The notes under the pieces were generated by a model. It did not search any database. It saw nothing but the letters and a program-made list of their open reading frames with translations, and was not told where the DNA came from. The position numbers and the translations under genes are program-made. From assembly GCA_963693365.1 (NCBI GenBank), contig CAVNZM010000018.1:2448411-2512410 (forward strand): a DNA stretch of 64,000 bases. Direction: 5' to 3'. Source of the stretch: Amoebidium appalachense. Taxonomy: Eukaryota; Protista; Ichthyosporea. Positions 1-51,429 of the stretch are shown piece by piece (position 1 is the first letter of the stretch; each line of letters begins with the position of its first letter).

Positions 1-124
1 CCCTCGTTCCCACTCTTTCCCATAGGAATTTCACACATCTCATCAAAAAATTAACAAATCCCCCCCCCCCCCCCCCCCCTCCCCCCCCTTCTTCTTCTCC
101 CCCCTCCCCCCCTGCCCCTCACAG

Positions 125-37614
<37,490 letters not shown>

Positions 37615-37922
37615 GTGGACTGAAGGTGCCGATGCACAGTTTCTCGTAGTATTTTTTTTTTTTTTTTGGGGGGGGGGGGGGTTGCTTATTTGGGCCTGTG
37701 TGTATGAATATAGGGGTGAACAAGCGTGCAATGTATGTACATTCAAACATCCTCACTCTGCTTTCTTATCTCATTATTTGGCTTAAAGGTCACATTGGGT
37801 GTAAGTGTAGGTGATATTGATCAAAGAAATTATTTTCACTTTGCCGGACAGCCGATGACCGTGAACGAACAGCTCATACACAACGTGGGTGTTTGCAAGC
37901 ACACGTTTGCGCACTCGCCCAC

Positions 37923-37997
<75 letters not shown>

Positions 37998-38218
37998 AAC
38001 CTATCCATACCCATCTACACACTTCTGGGCTGAACATTCCCTATTTTTTTTAGTTTTTTTTTTTTTTTTTCCAGCGATGGTCTTCATAATGCCATTGCAT
38101 TTAGGTTCGATCCGATAAAGGCATGTGTCGACTGCAGCTACATAATATATCCAGCCGTTGTTTCTTTAGATGTCGACGATGCAGTAAAGATGAATTTCCA
38201 AAGAAACCGAATGGCCAG

Positions 38219-38258
<40 letters not shown>

Positions 38259-38388
38259 CCTGCATTCACGTATGAAAGGCACAAAAGGAATGGCAAGAAT
38301 GCTCTTTTCTATCCATTCAGTTGTGAGCGAAACCATTCGATCAACACAAACGCACCCGTGCACACACTTATACACACACACACAAACA

Positions 38389-38518
<130 letters not shown>

Positions 38519-39157
38519 CAAACATGCACAGGTGCACACAACACACACACACACACACTCCTGCACACCCGCACGCGCACGTACGTGCGCAGGGGCGCGC
38601 GCACACACTCGCACACACACGTACGTACGTGTACATGATTGCGGAGTTATTGAGTTGGTTTCCTCGTTGCTAGTGGGGAGGGACAATACCAACAAACAAG
38701 CACGGAGACTGCTTCTTCTAGCCCTTCACAAGTCTAACTCTTCCTTGAAGCTGTCCACTGTTTTATTCTCTAATGGTTTTGGGTAACACTGACGTCTCAA
38801 CAAATACCGCGGACATGTGCAGAAGTTATATATGCTAACACTTGCCGGCAGGGGCCCCACTTCTTTTCTCTTGGCAATTGAAAATAAAGAGATGGATTAT
38901 AAGTGATATTTTTGATTTCTTAACGGTGATCCCTAAAGCTTTAGGACGGGGCCACCCTCCCTCTAGGCTCTCTCCTCTCTCTCTCTCTCTCTCTTGCTCT
39001 CTCTCTCTCTCTTTCCTATGCACATTTCTATCTTTTCTCCCTCGCTCTCTCTGTCTCTCAGAGAGAGACAGACACCACCACAAACACACATACACACGCC
39101 AACCAGGAGCACACCAATCATCCCATTGACCGTTTTTATCTTTTTATTTCTATAATC

Positions 39158-39766
39158 TCGGCTAAAGACAATCTAGACATGCTGGTCGGCTCGGTGTGAT
39201 ATATTTGGACCCATGTTTCCACTATGAGTGCGGGGCATTGCTGATATTCAATTACATTGGTTTTGGCAGTGTATGAAAGTCTAGCAGCGATGAGCATTTT
39301 TCACATGTTTTGTTGCTGGGACTAGGTATGAATGATAACCGACCGGTCCTACATGTGTACACAGTTTTTTTTTTCCTTAACCAGAAGGGAAATCTTTGTG
39401 GACTACTGCATATACCGGCGGTGCAGTCCGGACACACCTGTGGTGTCAGAGCAGTTTTTCTATGAAGTTGTGAGGTCCGACCCCAGGCTCAAGTGCTTTA
39501 CATTTCCGAACCGATCCATTACTAGCGAATGTGGTGACTGCATGGCCATCCGTGTGCGGGCCAAAACACGTCTGATCGAACGCATAGATGCGGGCTAAGC
39601 TGCAAGAGAAGATGCAGTATCACCGTGAACAGCACAGGTAACACCCCCCTCCCCCCTCCCCCCTCCCCCCCCCTTCCCCCCCCCCCCCCTCCCCCCCCCC
39701 CCCCGGGGGGGGAGCACATGAAATGACTTTCAAACCAACATACTATACTATATTGTCAGCCCCCCG

Positions 39767-39807
<41 letters not shown>

Positions 39808-40303
39808 TGCCCGCCCTTAAGCTTGGTGTCCTAACACCTCATCAAACCTATGCATACCTTTCACAGAATGCTTTTAGCAACCCCTAGTATATCATCACAG
39901 CTTCTTCATCTCATTGTTCCCCCTTCCCCCCCCTTCCCCCCCTCCCTCTTCCCCCTCCACCCCGTCAACAAAGAGCTACCAACAACAAAACCAAAGCCAC
40001 ACGTTAACAGCTAGATGAACGACTCAAGTTGGGTAGAGCCCGATAAATTACACACACACATCTCATTTGAAATTATTGTTCACCACAGAGCTGCCCGTGC
40101 ACACTACACCAGTTGCATCCGCAAAGCCCTCACCAACCCGTCAGAGGTGATGATGATTGAGTGTGATGCACAGGACAAGAAAAAGGTCATTGTCCCATCA
40201 CGTGTTTCTTCAGACAAGGAAGTACGTATCAACGGGCTACTGGGTCCCATCAACATGGGATGCACTCTATATGGCCGGACATCGTGTTTCTACATGGACG
40301 CAG
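39158..40303 (+). pseudogene. Decayed, intron-containing Sola2/DUF7869-like transposase fragment
   Basis: Exon-like pieces ~39158-39268, 39385-39637 and 40089-40303 translate IQLHWFWQ/REIFVDY..VSEQFFYEVV..FTFPNRSITSECGDC..KMQYHREQHR/AARAHYTSCIRKALTNPSEVMMIECDAQDKKKVIVP. This fits the CxxC..H..H..R..Y..A...P..I..D..D..K...P layout I recall for that family; internal stops and a frameshift near 39590. Confidence 0.55.
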
Positions 40304-40699
40304 GTTTCTCCCCCCCCCCCCCCCCTCCTCCTCCTCATTTTTGGTGTTTTTTTTTTTAGAAAAAAAAAACCATACAACTGAACACCCCACCCCCCCCCCC
40401 CCCCTCCCCCCCCCCCCCCCCCCCCCCAACCCTACCCCCCCCCCCCCCCATCTGCCCCCACCCCATCCCTAGTCCCCCACCCCTACCCCCCTACACCCCC
40501 CCCTCCTGTTGCAGGCCAAAGTGTCGTCCAGGCAAAAGTGTTGTCATCGCTAATTTAAATACAGGTCGTCAAATTTGACTGATCTAGGGTGAATATCGGG
40601 CAGGCCAAAATGCACCCCCCCCCCCCCCCCCCCCCTACTACCCTGGGTGACAGGAGGGTCAGAGGGTTTGTATGTGGTGGGAGAAACACAGTGTGGGCG

Positions 40700-40730
<31 letters not shown>

Positions 40731-41010
40731 TATAAAAATAATCATTGTCGTAACCTTCCCCCCCCCCCCCCTACTATACCGGAAACAGGGAGGGAGTGCA
40801 GGGGGTGCAGGGGGGTCAGGGTGTGTATATATATGTGGTTGGAGAAACACAGCGTGTGCACGGACCTGCACGGTCTGGCCTAGATGGCAAAATTGTTCCT
40901 CCCCCCCCCCCCCCCCCCCCCCCCCCCTTCCCCCGGGAAACAGGGAGGGAGTACATGGGTGGTAAGGTTGCAAATGTAAGGTTTACACTGTATTTTATGG
41001 TGTGTGTGTG

Positions 41011-41378
41011 TCATTCCACATGGCCCTTCATTGGCTTTCCTGTGACAGATTTGGTCACCTCCGTTTTGGACTTTTTCTGCGTGTGTGCATCCTCGTCCCT
41101 TACTTCCCCATTCCGTTTGCCGTCACCAGCTTCCTTAGTTGGGTCTGACGGGGATGTAATGGGCATATGCACATGCAGGGCCATGGCATCCAACATGTCA
41201 TGCGCAGCTGCAGCTGATGCATTCTCCTCTCCGGTCTCTTGTGTGTCTGGGGGGGCCTGGCCAACAGGGACATCCCGTGTTCCCTCCACCAACACAACAC
41301 ACGACTCCACCTTGGGCATCCCAGCAATGGCAGCGCGAGCGGCCCTGTTGAAGAACTCCTTGGTGGTTTGGTCCCAGA
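41011..41378 (-). CDS. Orphan terminal exon of unknown origin (121 codons)
   Basis: Branch point ACTAAC, pyrimidine tract and TTCCAG acceptor precede a phase-1 open frame WDQTTKEFFNRAARAAIAGMPKVESCVVLVEG...KGHVE-TGA with no simple repeats. Confidence 0.5.
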
Positions 41379-41402
41379 CTGGAAAGCAAAACAAAGTTAG
41401 TG

Positions 41403-42301
41403 TCATGGGTGAAGCACATATGCTAGCTCAGCAGTCTCGTAGCAGCGCACACGTGGTTTGTACACACCTGTGTACGTGTGTGTGTGTTGGGGGGGGGGGG
41501 GGGGGGGGAGGGGGAGGAGAGGGAGATGGGGGAGGGGAGGGGGGTAGAGTGTGTGGGGGTGGGGGGAGGAGGGGGGAGAGTGTGTTATAGATTACGAAAT
41601 AGGCATTCGTGACGGACAACCTGATGGAGAGTGGAAAGCACACAGAAACTATCCATGATGAGCAAAGCCCATGATGGAGGGGGAAGGGGGGAGAGGGGAA
41701 GACGGGATGTGTGTGGGGGGGAGGCGGGGGGAGTGAAGGGGAGGGGAGGAGGGGGGCGAAGGTATGATAGGGGAGGATGTATGTGTTTGGGCGGGGGGTG
41801 GGTTGGTGGGAGGTGGGGGTTGGGGGGGGTGGGGGGAGGGGGGGGGGGGGGGGGGGGGGGGGGGAGTGTGTGTATGTGTGTATGTATGTGTGTTTGTGTG
41901 CGTGTGTGTGAGTGTGCGGTGTGTGTGTGTGTGTGTGTGTGTGCGTGTGTGCGTATGGTGTGTGTGTGTGGGGAGGGGAAGGGGGCGGGAGAAGGGGGAT
42001 GGGCAGGTGGGGAGATGGGTGGGCGGGTGTGTGTATGTGTATCTTGGTGTCTGTGTGTGGTGGGTTGATAGGTGTGACGTGTGCGACATTCGTTGTGTGT
42101 GGTTGGGCGAGTATGTGCATAACTGCCTGTAGGCATATGCCACGCATGTCGCAAACATGGCTGTGTCTCCAGCAGAGGGCGAGGGAGGGAAGGGGGAGGG
42201 TGGCCATACAAGTGCAAGGGAAGGATGGAGCAGAAAGACTTATCAACTGTATGTCGGGGGGAATCGGGGGTGTAGCCGGGGGGAGGAGGTTGAAATGGAA
42301 C

Positions 42302-42345
<44 letters not shown>

Positions 42346-42946
42346 CCTGAGGGTTGATAAATACCTGTGGCCATGATGTACTGCTGATTAGGGGACATCT
42401 TTATCCTGGTGGCTGCACAGGGGAAGTCAAAGTCCTGCAGCAGCTGGATGCGCTGCAATCGCAGAGCGGAAACACATGTGAGCAGATGTGACACGCAGAG
42501 ATGCGCTTTTATGAGGTCTAAGCAGAACGTCTCGTTCCTTCCTCATGTTTTGAACAGTCCCGATGCAAATTGTCAGCCCCCCCCTCCCTCTCTCCCCCCT
42601 GCCCCTCCCCCCCTCCCCTCCCCCCCACACACGAAAAAAAGGGGGAGGGGGGAAGAGGTGGGGGGGAAGGTTGATTAATGCAACTCTTTTCTAAGAACTA
42701 CAAAAAGGTCATAGTTTCCCCACCGTGGAGTCTAGCCCCTCTTCCTCTTCAACCGTATCATGCCCTACCTCTCAGAATTTCCCAGCATCTCTCCGTTCTT
42801 GTCCTACCGTGCCTTCTTTTTTGAGATCTCCTCCCGCTTCCCTTCCCTCAACTCCACCTGCCCGCCCTCTTCACCCAACTCTAGTGGCCCTTTCAGCACT
42901 GCATAAGCTTACGCAACGGCTATTTGGCTTTGGCACATCCTAGCAA

Positions 42947-42983
<37 letters not shown>

Positions 42984-43363
42984 ACCACCACCACCACCAC
43001 CACCACCACCACCACCACACAAACACACACACGACCACTCGGGCCGGCCGACCCGACCAGCCACCCGCTCCCTCTTCGGTTCACCATACTCTAATTCACT
43101 CGGCCCAAAGACCAGTTACCCACTCCCCTCAATACCCATTCTGTCTACCGTAATCTAAAACATCTGTCTATATTGACCGACTCTATATCCATGTTTCGAC
43201 GAAGAATCTTTGAAGGAAAAACATGAAGCTGAAACCATACCTGACGGAGTTCTGAGTCATTCTGCAGCAGCCTGCGCTTCTGCCTGTCAGACAGCCAGTT
43301 TGGTAAAGTCTTCCCTGTGCTGACATTGTAGATCTTCACGTCGTTAACACTCGTGAACTTCAT
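41403..43363 (-). pseudogene. NOL10: Truncated nucleolar protein 10 (NOL10/Enp2), first three exons only
   Basis: Exons 43363-43241 MKFTSVNDVKIYNVSTGKTLPNWLSDRQKRRLLQNDSELRQ, 42452-42365 RIQLLQDFDFPCAATRIKMSPNQQYIMAT and 41467-41421 GVYKPRVRCYETAELA match the NOL10 N-terminus (VKIYSLSCGKSLPEWLSDRKKR..RIELIQDFEMP..YILATGTYKPRVRCYD). Homology then stops and TGA follows at 41405-41403. Confidence 0.85.
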
Positions 43364-43965
43364 GTTTGCGGAATCACACACGGTATACCGCTGACTAAAA
43401 TTGTTCGCGGAAATGTTCTAGTGGATTCTGGAAAACATCTAAAACCACAAGGAGCCTTATACAGAGCCAGAGTTAATGATTTGTAACGCCCAGGTAGATT
43501 TGTCTTGCCAAAAAAATAATGGAACGAACTCTAGTAGCCTTCTGTCCACTCGTTATGTAGGTACCAGAAGCCCTCCCACTTTCCTTCACACCACATGAAA
43601 ATCTCTTCGTCCTCATTTACTTAGCGGAGGCTAAAGTGAAAGCTTAAAACCTTCCGAGCTGTATAGCTTGCCTCAAAACTCCGGAGATTAGCCCCGGAAA
43701 CTATTCTCTCCCCCTACTGAAACACACAGAGTCGTCTCCTGCAAGTCTGCCGTCTCAGTAATGCACGTGGACTCTTGGGCACAGAGGAAAGCAATGTGTG
43801 CGCCTATAGGTGATCACTGATTGGCTATACCCGCATCAATGACGTCACGAACCCGCCAAATCCCCCCCTCATCCCCCCTCCCCCCCCCCCCCCCCCGGCC
43901 TTTCCCCCCACAAGTCCATGTGTTGCCACCCGCCCCTTCCCCCCAATCCCCCGCGCCCACCTCCT

Positions 43966-44010
<45 letters not shown>

Positions 44011-44273
44011 CCTCGCCCCCTCCCTTCTGCCCCCCGGGGGCCCCGTGGAAATACCCAAGGCCGTGACCGTGAACACAAGAACACAAACGTCACGTGTCAC
44101 ACATACACACAGTCACACACACAAACACGTACGTACGCATACACACGTACACACACACAACGCATGCACGCGCGCACACACGCACACACGCACCGTCACA
44201 CACACACACGTGCAGGTGTCACACGCACACGCACACACACATTTATATACTCGCACATACCCACGCCTCACTG

Positions 44274-44345
<72 letters not shown>

Positions 44346-44361
44346 AGAAGAAGACACACAC

Positions 44362-44394
<33 letters not shown>

Positions 44395-45061
44395 CATATA
44401 AGGCTGTGAGCTCCATCTGGGTTCGTTCGAGTTCTCCGGCTTCAGACGTTTACAATTCAATAGTATGTGATTTTAGGATTTTTAATCGCGACGACACTAA
44501 AAAGAAGGAGAAATTGAATATGGCACGGTCACTTATTCATGTAAGCCTCATGATAATAACCATCACGTTTCCAATAGATGTTATGGTGTTGTTTTTCTTG
44601 TTTGCAGTAGGCTGTGAGTTTTTTAGGTTTTATAACCTTGTTGACCTAAATACCATTCAGTGCGAATGCGCATGCATATGCTGATTGCGATTGAGGAACA
44701 AAAAAAAAACAAAAAAAAACGGAGTTCGATTTTGAAAGAAATGGGGGGCAATTGGCTGGTCCGGAGGCCTGGGTGAGGGCTGGATCATGTCCTTTAAGAG
44801 TCAGTTTCATAGCGCTAATACGGAATAAGAAATGAAGTGAAAGTTTTTATAGGGCAGGGGCCGGGGGGGGGGGGGGGGGGGGGGGGGAGGGGAGGGAGAG
44901 GGGGGGGAGGGGGGGGGAGGGTGGTGGCCGATATCCGGAAATCTACTACGTAACCGCAAAGCATTCGATTCGGCGCACGTGAGTCACATGTGCATCACAC
45001 GTAAGTTACCATCACGGAAAAGAGAAAAAGAATGGGCTAAACGTGGGTGTGGGAATGGGCT

Positions 45062-45132
<71 letters not shown>

Positions 45133-45134
45133 AC

Positions 45135-45183
<49 letters not shown>

Positions 45184-45210
45184 ACATTTTTTTGTTTGTT
45201 TTTGCGGTCT

Positions 45211-45241
<31 letters not shown>

Positions 45242-45442
45242 GGGGGGGAGGGGGGGGGGGGGGCAGGCATGATGCAGCACATACTATAAGGCCACATGTG
45301 TACAGATATCATTAAAGTTACTTGCACAAACCGAGCAAGGAGTGCAGCAAAACCCTTGCCTGATCGATAGGACTCGAATATCCCATGTGCCACCCCGGTT
45401 TGAGCTATGAACGGGTTTGGCCACGTCATTATCCCCCCCTCC

Positions 45443-45473
<31 letters not shown>

Positions 45474-45475
45474 CC

Positions 45476-45508
<33 letters not shown>

Positions 45509-46182
45509 ACCCCGAGTTCCCAATACACACACACCCTGCAGCCGCTCCCGCCCTTGGGCCCTCCGGCCTCTCTTAAGCTTCAGATACCATACCACCAAAA
45601 AAAGGGAAAGAAGAAATAAAAGAAAGGGAAAGAAAAAAAAAGGGAACGAATAACGAAAAGAAAGGAGAGAAAAAAAAAACCCAAAAAAAAAAAAAAACTC
45701 GAGCCCCTAAAAACATCAAAACACACCCCCCTAGGTGGGTCTGGACCGTTCCCACGGCACAACCAGCAGCAGCCTGAGTATACATAGGCGCATTAACACA
45801 TGGCGAGTGTTCAGAGTATTACAACACATAATATTTTGGTATGTACAGAGAAGCCACCGCCCTGATGATGCAATAATGTCTGTATGCAAAGCAAGTACTA
45901 ATTTATTCTGAGTAGTACTACCACCATTACGTAAGACTATGATGTGGAAGTATGATCATACTGAGGAGTGCGTGTCCGACAATTTCAAATGATTCGAACG
46001 TTAAGGCGTTTACCTTACGGCGAGGATGAGCATAAGAATTCAAGCGACATACATCTTGAATGGTTATGCATGGTTAGCAGGGAATTGGTAAGTCAATCTT
46101 GAGGGGCTGTGTACCTATATATATAGCTATCCATCCATCGCTCCCTCCCTCCCTCCCTCCTCCTCTCCCTCCTCTTTTGTGT

Positions 46183-46229
<47 letters not shown>

Positions 46230-46415
46230 AATCTTTTGGATATCGGAGTCACAAACATTTCATGCGCATGGCATTGCATGCTCAGCCTTGTGTGTATCTT
46301 AAGCCCGGAAGATGTGCACGTGCCTGTGTTGCGGGTGACATCATGAGCGCACGTGTGTACGTGCATGTACTTGTGTGTGCGTGCGTGCGGGCATATGCTT
46401 GTGTGTGCATGTGTT

Positions 46416-46485
<70 letters not shown>

Positions 46486-46573
46486 CGTGCGCGCGCGCAG
46501 TCACCGTGTGTGCATGAGTGCGTGTGCGTGTGCGTTTGTGTTTGAGTGTATGCACATGTGTCTGTGTGTGCAC

Positions 46574-46630
<57 letters not shown>

Positions 46631-47614
46631 GGTGCAATATTTGTACATGGCATGGATACAGTAGGAACATTTTACTGCTGACTCATCAAAATGAATGCTG
46701 TAACACAATCTCAATTTTTTTGTATGGACCAATTATCTGCGCGTGATCGCACTCAAGTTAGCCAAAAAAGAAATTTAAACGGGATGTTTTGGCACGCAAC
46801 TTTTTTTTCAACGATTTAACAAAAATGTAGGAATATGGCATGCATCAGGAATGACCCCCCTCCTCCTATCCTCCTCCACCCCCTCCCCTCACCATTTTTT
46901 TTAACGGTTTTTTTTTCTTTTTCGCGCCCTCTCCATGTTTTGTAGTGGGTTTTAACCTAGCCTGAATAAAAAGACCTTGGCAGCTGGGTACAAAAATGCC
47001 ACGGATTCGAATTTTCATGCTCCCGGCCACGGATTAGCTCTAGCAGATTTATATTTAAGTTTTCGATCACCCAGCGTGCTTAAGCAGGCTACCTGGGCAT
47101 TCCACTAAAAGCGCCCTTACATTGCATCGACATCGTCGATATCATCAAGTTTAGCAACATATGCATTCTAATGTTCATTTACACATCACTCATCATAAAC
47201 TACGTCACAGTGTTTCACAACACTCCATTATAAGAGCACATAATTGATGAAACTACTTAATGTGATAATTACACAATCTGTGCACTTTCCTGTGCCAGCC
47301 CTAGTACTAAGTAATATCTTGTCGCGATTGAAAATATTGCGGATCGCATGAAAGCTACAATCACATGACGAAACTATGTACATTCTTTCGACCACATGCA
47401 ACATACTCTAGTGATAGGTATTGATTCAAATCAATATAATGAATGCCTCTTCAGATTCCAGCCAACAGCCCTGTATATCTATAGGAATCCAAAAATCATA
47501 AAAGGTTCACCTGAAACCACTGAAAGAATACACAGTCCTTATCACGCCCGTCTCAGGTTACAACGTACCCTTCGAACCTGACTAACATTCTCTCCAATGG
47601 TATTCGAAACCCCC

Positions 47615-47649
<35 letters not shown>

Positions 47650-47932
47650 TACACACACACCCGCCCATCCACCCACAGAAAAAAAACAAAAAAACAAAAA
47701 AAAAAACCTCAAACCTTGAAACGATATTAAGATGTAGAATAGTGTATGCGATTAACTATACCGTTCCTTGCATTTTCCATTTTCTTGCCTATAATGCTCT
47801 GCAAAAAGAAACTACTCATGTGTGCACACCCAGCTGGCCCAGGCATACGTGCACATAAACACTGGAAAGGGTATGCAGAATGCTAACTCAAAAAGACGAC
47901 CCCCACCCCTCCCCACCCCCTCCCTTCGGGGC

Positions 47933-47968
<36 letters not shown>

Positions 47969-49032
47969 AAAGAAGGACAGAAAGAGGAAGGAAAAAGGAA
48001 ACAGGCAGGGGAGTAAGGCCTAAAAAGAGTGTATAACTGCGAATCCCGCCCGCGGGCGCCCGCGCGTGTGTATATATCAGTTGGGAGGGAGGGAGAGGCG
48101 CTGGGGGGGAGGGGGGAGGGGGAAGGGGGAAGGGGGGGGGGGGGGGGGATCAAGCAACTATCCAGGGACTGATATGACCTCGTGCCTCACGTCCCCTGTT
48201 CCTCCCTTCCACATCACCTGCACGTTTGCGTACACATACGGCGGAAGAGACTTGGCAGGTGTGTTGGCTACGATAGAGACTTGCTCCCTCAGAAGTGTCT
48301 CCGTTTCTTTAGTTAGCTTTAGATCCTCTGTACGTGTGTTCCATGAGAGGGGGGGGGGGGGGGGGAGTGGGGGGAGGGAGGGGAGGAGGAAGAAGGGGGG
48401 TTAGGATGTGTTCAGGAGTACGAAACACATATTCCTTTAGGTATATGAAGCAGTGATAATGTGTGTGTGTGTGTGTGCAAAGGCTACCTGTGCGTACGTA
48501 AGTACACGTTTAAATATGCAAGCACTGTATGTGTGTGTGCTAGTTGTCCTCACGTTGTTCATCGTTATTTCCTGCATTGATTTACGGTTACACATTTTGT
48601 TTTTTGGTTGCCTTTTGTTTGCTTACTTTGCCGCTTTCCCAATTCCGTTTCAGAGTCCCAACCCCTCCAGCAACCCTTCAAGAACAACTATACATCGTGT
48701 GACCGCAGCCTGTTCAGATGATAAATCCCCCCCCCCCCCAAAAAAAAAACAAACAAAAAAAACAAAAAACAAAAGAAAAACAAAAAAAACAAACAAAAAA
48801 ACAACAGCAAAAAAAAAACTTCCCATCTCAACCCCCGCCTCTTTTGAAAGCTCCCCCCCCCCCCCCCCCCCCACACACACACACAAACACACACTCACAC
48901 ACACAGAACGAAATTTTGAAAAGATGAAAAGACAAGGGAAAAAACAAGAAGGAGGAAAGTAAGAAAGAAAGAATTACAGAAAAGTAAAAAAGAAAATACA
49001 ACGCAAACCCATAACCCATCATTCACTTCCAG

Positions 49033-49077
<45 letters not shown>

Positions 49078-51385
49078 CCCCCGGAGCGGCCTCCCTGCCT
49101 GGCCCCCCACCCTTTCTTTCTGAGGTGCTCTCCACCAATATACCCGCCACTAAAAATGAAGTGTTTGCCACGTTGACACACAGAAAATAATAGCCCCATG
49201 TAGAATCAGAATGATGCCCAACATAGGAGGCCACACGGTCTCCCGTCAAACCACCAAACTTTCACGCTAGCGGCTTTCTCCTCCTCCTCCCTTCCCCCCC
49301 CCCCCCCCCCCCTCCCCCCCCCCCCCTTCCCCCCCTCCTGTCCGGGGGTTCTCCTTCACTTCTATATTACTCAAACAACCACTCTACCACCACTACCCTT
49401 GGGATGTGTGCACAACGTGGCGCAATCATGGCCATGCTACTAACCTATACCACTCAGCCCCTTGTATAGTTCGTTGATCTTGTCAGGCGGCAGCTCAGCA
49501 ACAGTGAATGTGCTCTGAAGATCCGAGAGAGTCGTTTGCTTTAAGATGTACGCACCGGTGGAAAAAACACAGTCTGCAACACGGCTAGAGACCGTGAAAC
49601 GGGCTGCAACTGGGGCAGCCCCTGAGAGACGCAACCAGAACTGTAGAGCCATCTATGGTTCTTTCGAAGTTTCACATACAAAGGGCAGTTTGAAGAACAT
49701 TGCAGAGTTAACGAGATGTTATCAATATCACCGTGGAAAAAAATATTTGTGTTAAGGCGTGCTGACAGCCAAAAGTCCTGTCGTTTTTTTCTTTTTCTTT
49801 TTTCAACCTCGTTCTTCAATTTCAGACGAGTTTTCATATTCCTCATTCCTGGCGAATACGCTCAACTCTGGCCATCGGGTGAAAGAGTACCCAAATCCCG
49901 GTGCAAACTTTTTTTTAGAACTACTATGGAGCTCCTTACGGTACCAAGGGCTTCACTTCAATCTCCATCCTTGCTCGCACCTACATAACATTTTGTACTA
50001 GCATCTGCAATTACTATGATCTCTATTTATCATTATCATGCATCAAGGTCGAGACACTTGGACAAATCTTGCCCAAGGCTTCGGTGTTCGGACTCACTTG
50101 GCTCACAGTTTTCACTCGATATTTTCACAGAGCAACTAATATGAACGTTAGAACTAAAGAGGTGGAGACATGTTGTCGCTACACTATATCTGAAGAATAG
50201 GGAATATATGGTGGCGGAAAACAATAAAAAGAGCCGCCGTGGCTATCGCCATGCAGCTTTCTTCTATCTGGTTAGGCCATAAGGGTTATATAACCTAACG
50301 AAAAAAAATAAGAGAAATTATTCAAACGGATTGAAACGAGGATCCTCTCAAAACACCTAACACTAGCCAATCAAAAACGGTTATTCTTCTTAACCCATCT
50401 TTTGTCCCACAATCAAGCATCCACAAATTGATTCTCTGATAAAACCAATTACTTGACAGATCGGAGTAAGGGTGAACCCCCTTCAAAACGAACAAATCTT
50501 TCGCCTTTTACTAAAGATTTCCGTGGTGGGGGTTTTCAAGCCCACTTCACAAATTTGTTGTGGCCATACCCCGTATGGCTTCCCTTCAATTGTCGCTGAA
50601 ACCAAAATCTGCTCACCCCTGACTTCACAACTCCCTCATTGTCCACATTAGCGAAAGCATATCGATTTCGCTCAGCACGGGCTTTGAAATTCTCGCACCT
50701 CGTCGTCTTTCCCGCTGCAAGGCTTCACCTCTATGCGTGCTTCAGCCCAGTCGGTTCCACGATATGTCCCCACCTGATTCAGCCATGGGTATCGATGCCA
50801 ACTCAGCCTGAGAGTCTGACGTGCATGACTTCCAGTTTCAAAGTTGCGCAATTGCAATCGCCAAGTTGTGCAGGTGCAGCCCTTAAGGATACGGACCACA
50901 TTTTTTTTTAATGTATACTGTCTGTAAGCAGTTCACGATATCCACGATATCCTAACCACCATTTGGTACATTCATTTAGGTTATCAAGGGCTCGTGTCAG
51001 CATTTCCAACATCATCCCGTCACTTCCCCACTTTATTAGAACTTCTTTTCGTTACTCAAGGCAAGCCTCAGGAATATGCAGAGGTAGAGATTAGACCGGA
51101 TGGCCTCGTATCTGTGATATCTGTTATGCAAGAAGTACCGCAGGTGTGCATACACACGTACTTTATTCACGTTCCCAGCAAAACCCTTTCGTGCTAATGC
51201 AAATATTAGTTGATTTCATAAAAGGTTCCAAAGGCACTGTACCCTGCCTGCCTTTCCTAAATACACTATATTCCATGTCAAAGCTGTGTACTTGACCACG
51301 CACGTGTCCATGTGCCAAGGAAAAGTGCACTAATTGCTGCATCATCTATATAGTTTCTCTCACCATGATCTGGAATACTACTATT

Positions 51386-51429
<44 letters not shown>

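Noticed and set aside
44403-44462. Exon-like segment of a gene divergent from NOL10
   Set aside because: AG/GT boundaries exist, but I could not link it to other exons or recognise a product.
45862-45964. Box C/D snoRNA-like layout (TGATGA..CTGA..ATGATGT..CTGA)
   Set aside because: The C box lacks the 5' purine, the terminal stem is weak, and I recognise no rRNA or snRNA complementarity; snoscan would be needed.
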